A DNA stretch of 63,683 nt, counting the filler. It is 11 parts of 11 records of this genome, joined end to end, with 100 filler letters (N's around TTAATTAATTAA, not from the genome) between each part and the next. Parts side by side here need not be neighbours in the genome. Positions count along the whole stretch, not along the records: positions 58,449 to 63,683 come from SRR31156797_158630; 10 more parts are not named here. The stretch is one strand, 5' to 3'. This document shows, in pieces, positions 58,450-63,683 of this stretch (position 1 is the first letter of the stretch; every line of letters begins with the position of its first letter). The translations under genes and the position numbers were made by a program. The notes beneath the pieces are model-generated. The model was not told the origin of the DNA. It saw only the letters and a list, made by a program, of their open reading frames with translations, and did no database searches.

Positions 58450-59826
58450 GGCGAGCAGCCCCTGCTGCCCATGGAGGCGTGCAACCTTGGATCGGTCAAT
58501 CTGGCCAAATTTGTCGTGGAGAAAAAGGGCAAACCCGTTGTGGACTACAAGGCCCTGGGCCAAACGGTCCGTCTGGCCGTCCGCTTCCTGGACGACACCA
58601 TCGATAAATCGGTTTATCCCCTGGCGGAGATCACCGCCATGGTCCGGGGCAACCGCAAGATCGGCCTGGGGGTCATGGGGTTTGCCGACCTTCTCTTCAG
58701 CCTCAGGATCCCCTATAATTCGGACCAGGCCCTTGCCATGGCCGAAGAGGTGATGGCCTTTGTCCACAAGGAGGCGAAAAAGGCCTCCCGGACCCTTGCC
58801 CAGGAGCGGGGGGTGTTCGCGAACTTTGACAAGAGCGTTTTCAAGGACAGGAAGGACCAGGGATTCAGGAACGCCACCGTCACCACCATCGCCCCCACCG
58901 GCACCTTGAGCATTATCGCGGGCACCTCCAGCGGCATCGAACCCCTGTTTGCCCTGAGTTTTGTCCGGACCATCATGGACAACGACCGGTTTCTGGAGAT
59001 CAACCCCACATTCCTGGCCGTGGCCAAAGAGCGGGGCTTCTTCAGCGACGAGCTCATGGAAAGGATCGCCGGGACCGGCACCATCCAGGGCATGACCGAG
59101 ATCCCCGAGGATGTGCGGCGGGTGTTCGTCACGGCCCACGATGTTTCTCCCGCTTGGCATGTGCGCATGCAGGCCGCCTTTCAGAAATACACGGACAACG
59201 CCGTCTCCAAGACCGTGAACCTGCCCAGGGACGCCACCGAGCAGGATGTGGCCGAGATCTACGCCAAGGCCTTTGAGCTCGGGTGCAAGGGGGTCACCAT
59301 CTACCGGGACGGCAGCAAGGCCAACCAGGTGCTCGCCATCTCGGGCAGTGACACGGCGGGCAAGTGTTTCCCAAAGAGCGTCCAGGATCGGCCCGAAACC
59401 CTGGAGGGGTTTACCACCAAGATCAAGACGGGCCTTGGCCAGCTCTACGTCACCGTGACCGAGTTTGAGGGCCGGCCCTTTGAGGTGTTTGCCACCATCG
59501 GCAAATCCGGGAAATCCACCACGGCCAAGACCGAGGCCATCGGCCGGCTGATCTCCCTTTCCCTGCGGGCCGGGGTGGATGTCCGGGACGTGATCGAGCA
59601 GATTTCGGGCATCGGCGGCGAGCATGCGGTGTTCCAGAAGGGGGGCCGGGTGCTCTCCATCCCCGATGCCATCGGCCGGGTCCTTGAAAACCGCTATGGC
59701 CGGAACGACAAACGGGTCAACAACAACGGCCTCAAGGGGGATCGCTGCCCCGAGTGCAGCGCGGCTCTCAGCCATGAAGAGGGGTGCATGACCTGCCACG
59801 GCTGCGGCTACACCCTGTGCAGCTGA
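58450..59826 (+). CDS. nrdJ: Class II (B12-dependent) ribonucleotide reductase with TSCPD domain and C-terminal Zn ribbon (5' truncated)
   Basis: GEQPL, CNLGSVNL, TIAPTGT.S, SKTVN, CKG.TIYRDGS, SIPDA, CPEC...C..CG. Confidence 0.9.
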   Translation, partial: GEQPLLPMEACNLGSVNLAKFVVEKKGKPVVDYKALGQTVRLAVRFLDDTIDKSVYPLAEITAMVRGNRKIGLGVMGFADLLFSLRIPYNSDQALAMAEEVMAFVHKEAKKASRTLAQERGVFANFDKSVFKDRKDQGFRNATVTTIAPTGTLSIIAGTSSGIEPLFALSFVRTIMDNDRFLEINPTFLAVAKERGFFSDELMERIAGTGTIQGMTEIPEDVRRVFVTAHDVSPAWHVRMQAAFQKYTDNAVSKTVNLPRDATEQDVAEIYAKAFELGCKGVTIYRDGSKANQVLAISGSDTAGKCFPKSVQDRPETLEGFTTKIKTGLGQLYVTVTEFEGRPFEVFATIGKSGKSTTAKTEAIGRLISLSLRAGVDVRDVIEQISGIGGEHAVFQKGGRVLSIPDAIGRVLENRYGRNDKRVNNNGLKGDRCPECSAALSHEEGCMTCHGCGYTLCS

Positions 59827-59918
59827 TCATGGGGGCAGGGGGATAGATGCTTGTATTTGAATTGTTACCTGTATTACCTGTTAAATAAGAAATCAACTCA
59901 ATAAAAACCAGGTCCCCA

Positions 59919-60917
59919 ATGGACGGTACAAAACAGCAGGTCCTGACGGTTTTGCTCGCGGTGCTCCTGGTCGCCCTCGGTACGGCAGGCTATATGCTGA
60001 TCGAGGGCTGGACACTGATGGACGCCTTGTACATGACGGGCATCACCCTCACCACCGTGGGGTTCGGGGAGGTGCAGCCCATCAGCCCGCCAGGCCGGGT
60101 GTTTACCCTGATACTGATTTTTCTCGGCGGGGGATTCTTTTTCTATGTGGTCGGGAACGTAATCCAGTTCCTGGTGGAAGGACGCATCCGCCTTGTTCTA
60201 GGGAGGCGCAAATTGGATAAACAGATCAGCCGGTTGAAGGACCACTATATTGTCTGCGGATATGGACGCATGGGCCGGGCCCTGTGCCGGTTCCTGGCAC
60301 AGAAGCAGCTGGATGTGGTGGTGATCGAACAGAACCAGGCCCTGGTACCGGTCATGGAGAAAGACGGCATCCTCCATGTGGTGGGGGAGGCCAGCGAGGA
60401 GTCGAACCTGGTGAAGGCCGGTATCGGGAACGCCCGGGCGTTCATGACCGTCCTTGGCAAGGATGCGGCTAACGTTTTCCTGATCCTGATCGCCAGGCAG
60501 CTCAATCCGGACCTCTTTGTGGTGGCACGGGCCAACCGGAATGAAACCATAAATACCCTGTACGCGGCCGGTGCCGACAAGGTGGTCTCCCCATTTGGTA
60601 TCGGCGCCCGAAGAATGGCCCATGCCGTGATTCGGCCCACGGTGATCCATTTCCTGGAACTGGCCTTTGCCGATGAAACCACCGATATTCATATGGAGGA
60701 GTTCCCGGTGGCGCCCGCCTCTTCCCTTGTGGATAAAACCGTGCTGGAAGCAGGCGTCCGGCAGGACCTCAATCTGATCGTCCTGGCAATGAAAAAGGCG
60801 GACGGTTCCATGGCGTTTAACCCGTCGGCAACCACCCGGATCGAGGCCGGTGATACCCTCATCGCCGTGGGGGAGAGCAAAAGCCTCAGTCAATTGGAAA
60901 AACTCACCAATGACTGA
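59919..60917 (+). CDS. Potassium channel with RCK (TrkA-N/TrkA-C) domains, MthK-like
   Basis: Two TM helices, pore TTVGFGE, CGYGRMG Rossmann motif. Confidence 0.9.
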   Translation: MDGTKQQVLTVLLAVLLVALGTAGYMLIEGWTLMDALYMTGITLTTVGFGEVQPISPPGRVFTLILIFLGGGFFFYVVGNVIQFLVEGRIRLVLGRRKLDKQISRLKDHYIVCGYGRMGRALCRFLAQKQLDVVVIEQNQALVPVMEKDGILHVVGEASEESNLVKAGIGNARAFMTVLGKDAANVFLILIARQLNPDLFVVARANRNETINTLYAAGADKVVSPFGIGARRMAHAVIRPTVIHFLELAFADETTDIHMEEFPVAPASSLVDKTVLEAGVRQDLNLIVLAMKKADGSMAFNPSATTRIEAGDTLIAVGESKSLSQLEKLTND

Positions 60918-60971
60918 CTCTGCTCAGTCATTTTGTCAACGGGAGTCATCATTTTATGTGTCTCGATAATT

Positions 60972-61766
60972 CTATTTCCTTCCCCCATGCCATTTGATTT
61001 TCTGTTTGTCATATCTTCCGGCATCCAGGTCCTTGTATAACTGGTGAAGTCTTCCGTTTTTTTCCAGTTTCTTGATGCCGGAATTGAATTTTTCCAAAAA
61101 CAGCCTGCCTTTCCTGCATCTCTTTGATATGATCAGATTCAGTGTGCTTATCTCGAACTCTTTTGGATGATACGTAATGCGGTTTGCTTTCTCAGGAGGA
61201 AAAAGATTCCTTATTTGGGAAACCCCTACCACCGGATCATTGGGGAATATGTCGATTCGACCTGTCAGTAATTTTTGATAATTTTGCTCATCTGTTGTGG
61301 TGGTGTCCACCAATATCCTTTCTTCTTTTATGGCATTCATAAATTGTCTGCCGTAGTCGTATCCCCGTGTGAGTCCGATTCTAAGCCCGTTAAGGTCTTC
61401 AAGGGATTCCCATTTGAAATTGTGGTTTTTTAGATGGAAAAATACGAACGAGGTCTTGACGACCGGGTGTGTGACCCAAAAATACTTTTTGGTTTTCTCG
61501 GTGGGCCACCAGACGGCGGAAGCGTTCCATTTTATACCTCTTTTGGCTTCCTCATAGGAACGGATCCACGGGAAAAATCCCCATTTGATCTTTATCCCTT
61601 CCACTTCGAATGCCTCGGAAACAATATGGGACGCCAGTCCGTATTGATAGGAATATTCCGAGAGATACGGCTCCCATTCTCCGTTTGTAATGCGGATGGT
61701 TGTTTCGGCAAACAATGCCGTCGAAGAAAATATCAGCAAAAATAGGAAAAGGATCCGTTTTTTCAT
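60972..61766 (-). CDS. Polar amino-acid-type substrate-binding protein (SBP family 3)
   Basis: Signal peptide MKKRILF; GEWEPY, FPW.R, DL.GLRIG..RGYDY, KLL.GRID. Confidence 0.85.
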   Translation of the reverse strand: MKKRILFLFLLIFSSTALFAETTIRITNGEWEPYLSEYSYQYGLASHIVSEAFEVEGIKIKWGFFPWIRSYEEAKRGIKWNASAVWWPTEKTKKYFWVTHPVVKTSFVFFHLKNHNFKWESLEDLNGLRIGLTRGYDYGRQFMNAIKEERILVDTTTTDEQNYQKLLTGRIDIFPNDPVVGVSQIRNLFPPEKANRITYHPKEFEISTLNLIISKRCRKGRLFLEKFNSGIKKLEKNGRLHQLYKDLDAGRYDKQKIKWHGGRK

Positions 61767-61898
61767 CGGAGTAAACTCCTGCCGATATGAATATCTACAC
61801 CCTGGTGTCAATCAAGCGCAGCGATGATTAACGCAAAAGCCAACGGTTGTTATGGATTCGCCTATGGGTGAAAACATATACCTTGCCGCCGGCTGCGA

Positions 61899-62348
61899 TT
61901 ACAGCCATGGGTATTGTTTTTCCCTGTGCTTGGCCCAATCTTCCACCCCAAGCGCTCTTATCGTGTTTAAATTTTTAATCGGGGCATCTTTGCAAAACGG
62001 CTTGAGGAAAAAAAGCTTGCTGCATTGCTCAAACTCGTCACAGTCCCAGCATCCCTCGATGTTTTTACTTTTATTACATACAATGACTTCACAGGATTCC
62101 CCCCGCCCGCCTCCCTGTCTGCAGGGAACGTCACATTTCAAATCCATGATTGTCTTCAATAGGGAAAGCATGTGATCATATTGTTTGAACTGGTCCTTTT
62201 TAGTCGCGATCACCTTTGCGAGTTTGGAAAAATGGCTGCTTTCGAATTCATCCAACAGGTCGCCGCACAGATCGGAAAACCGGGCTTTGTAACGCGGGCA
62301 ATCTCCACAATAGATGCCACAATGGGTGGTTAAATTTTTATCTGTCAT
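61899..62348 (-). CDS. DUF3795 Cys-rich protein
   Basis: CGIYCGDC...C..CR.GGG...C....C......C..C..F..C. Confidence 0.75.
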   Translation of the reverse strand: MTDKNLTTHCGIYCGDCPRYKARFSDLCGDLLDEFESSHFSKLAKVIATKKDQFKQYDHMLSLLKTIMDLKCDVPCRQGGGRGESCEVIVCNKSKNIEGCWDCDEFEQCSKLFFLKPFCKDAPIKNLNTIRALGVEDWAKHREKQYPWL

Positions 62349-62463
62349 CTCATCCTCCTTTGGGTAACGACGTATATTGGTCGGGCTGGTTTCCCCGACC
62401 GCAGACCTTGAAAATCAATACACATCAAAAAAGGACCGGAACAAAGGCTATAGGGAATTCAAA

Positions 62464-63297
62464 TCATCTTCCCCGGGGAATGTCAATATCTATGGACTCT
62501 TTATGGCGACTTTGGTCTTGCCATTTGTGTTTCTGTTTGTCATATCTTCCGGCATCAAGATCCTTGTATAGCTGATCCAGTCTTCCGCTTTCTTTCAGTC
62601 TGGTCATACCGGCATTGAATTTTTCTAAAAACAGCCTGCCGTTTTGGCATCGCTTCGAGATGATCAGATTCAGGGTTTTGACCTCGAATTGCTTCGGATG
62701 AAATGTAATGAGCCTGGCTTTTTCGGGCGTAAAATTATTCCTTGTTTGAGTAATCCCCACGACCGGATCATTGGGAAAGATGTCTATCCGGCCTGCCAGC
62801 AGCTTTTTGAAATTCTGCTCGTCTGTCGTGGTGATATCAACAACGATCCATTTTTCCTTGACGGCGCTCATAAATTTCTCGCCGTAATCGTATCCGCGTG
62901 AGCCTCCGATTCTAAGCCCTTTCAGGTCTTCAATCGAGTTCCATTGAAAGGGGCGGTTCTTAAGGTGGAAAAATACGATGGACGTATTGACCACCGGTTC
63001 CGAGACCCAGAAATCCTTTTGGGTTGCCTCCGTCGCCCACCAGACCGCAGAAGCGTTCCATTTTTTTCCCATTTTGGCCTGGTGGTATGAACGTACCCAC
63101 GGAAAAAAGCCCCATTTGATCTGTATGCCTTCCAATTTGAACGCCTCGGAAACAATATGGGAGGCCAGCCCGTACTGATAGGAATATTCGGAGAGATACG
63201 GTTCCCATTCCCCGTTTGTAATGCGTATGGTTGCTTCGGCGAACACAGCTGTTGGCGCAGACATCAGGACAAATGCCAATAGAACCAGCTTGGTCAT
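62464..63297 (-). CDS. Polar amino-acid-type substrate-binding protein, paralogue of 60972-61766
   Basis: Near-identical blocks such as TIRITNGEWEPYLSEYSYQYGLASHIVSEAF; start uncertain (63297 to 63381). Confidence 0.85.
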   Translation of the reverse strand: MTKLVLLAFVLMSAPTAVFAEATIRITNGEWEPYLSEYSYQYGLASHIVSEAFKLEGIQIKWGFFPWVRSYHQAKMGKKWNASAVWWATEATQKDFWVSEPVVNTSIVFFHLKNRPFQWNSIEDLKGLRIGGSRGYDYGEKFMSAVKEKWIVVDITTTDEQNFKKLLAGRIDIFPNDPVVGITQTRNNFTPEKARLITFHPKQFEVKTLNLIISKRCQNGRLFLEKFNAGMTRLKESGRLDQLYKDLDAGRYDKQKHKWQDQSRHKESIDIDIPRGR

Positions 63298-63683
63298 CAC
63301 TGTAGCGCTCTGTCTTATAAAGCTCCTCATCACCTTTACCGTCCTGGAGGCTGTGATGTCCAAATGGAAAAGCCGCGTCACCTGATGGTAACCCGGCTGT
63401 CAACGATGCCTCCGAATTCCCCCGTCCCTGTATCACTTCCGTTTTCGCTTTTTCATATAAACTGTTTATTTACAGTACCTTTAAAACCATGACAAATTAC
63501 CCTCCCATCGTCAAGGGAAATAACGAAAAATCGTAATAAGATATCGCGGTTCTTCAGTGTTTTCAAGCCCCCCTGATTTTGGCAGACAGAAGATGATTCT
63601 TATCCCCATGGGCCCCCTGGTGGCAGGGCGAACGCATGTAGATTCTTGGATCATATGGTTTCAGCATGTTACGCGGCACAAGG

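Noticed and set aside
58393-59799. Long antisense ORFs (also 6301-7650, 32015-33172, 36583-37842, 40983-42413)
   Set aside because: Shadow ORFs opposite well-supported genes in GC-rich DNA, with no recognisable motifs.
63382-63683. ncRNA or riboswitch in the terminal non-coding region
   Set aside because: No recognisable conserved motif, tRNA cloverleaf or strong structure.

Overview
The window is not one locus. It holds 11 unrelated contigs of about 5-8 kb joined by ten artificial 100-nt linkers (44 N + TTAATTAATTAA + 44 N), so adjacency across a linker means nothing. Gene content suggests anaerobic-sediment-type bacteria: probable Desulfobacterota, an alphaproteobacterium, planctomycetes and a clostridium (taxonomy is inference). 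Contigs: (1) 1-7776, a tightly coupled operon of a Ca-binding surface protein, a signal-peptide ChrB-C-domain protein, an Fe(III)-type ABC transporter, an FlgD-Ig protein and a Sec-exported RHS/YD protein; (2) 7877-13646, a sigma54-driven USP/AcuB/USP/Pat acetylation cluster plus psd; (3) 13747-19253, AraC and an ArsR-ArsP-thioredoxin-CcdA-FeS-ArsC arsenic cluster; (4) 19354-25491, a sugar ABC transporter, a multi-PAS histidine kinase and a SAF-domain gene; (5) 25592-30958, a ribose-type operon; (6) 31059-36085, acyl-CoA dehydrogenase, acyl-CoA ligase, a porin, mce and methylmalonyl-CoA mutase; (7) 36186-42357, a CotH/lamin-tail protein and an HzsA-like/FGE protein; (8) 42458-47779, a large serine recombinase abutting a 5'-truncated feoB, a lone Spo0A-like receiver and an [FeFe]-hydrogenase-like gene; (9) 47880-53006, an acetoin/2-oxoacid dehydrogenase cluster with a LipB-LipA fusion; (10) 53107-58348, a polysaccharide locus with a PRTase-HAD fusion; (11) 58449-63683, nrdJ, a K+ channel and duplicated orphan SBPs. 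The top leads are the recombinase-split feoB (possible skin-like excisable switch), the ChrB-C/Fe-ABC/FlgD/RHS operon, and the PRTase-HAD as a candidate glycan ribofuranosyltransferase. All assignments come from motif recognition by eye; no database search was run. No rRNA, tRNA or CRISPR array was recognised.
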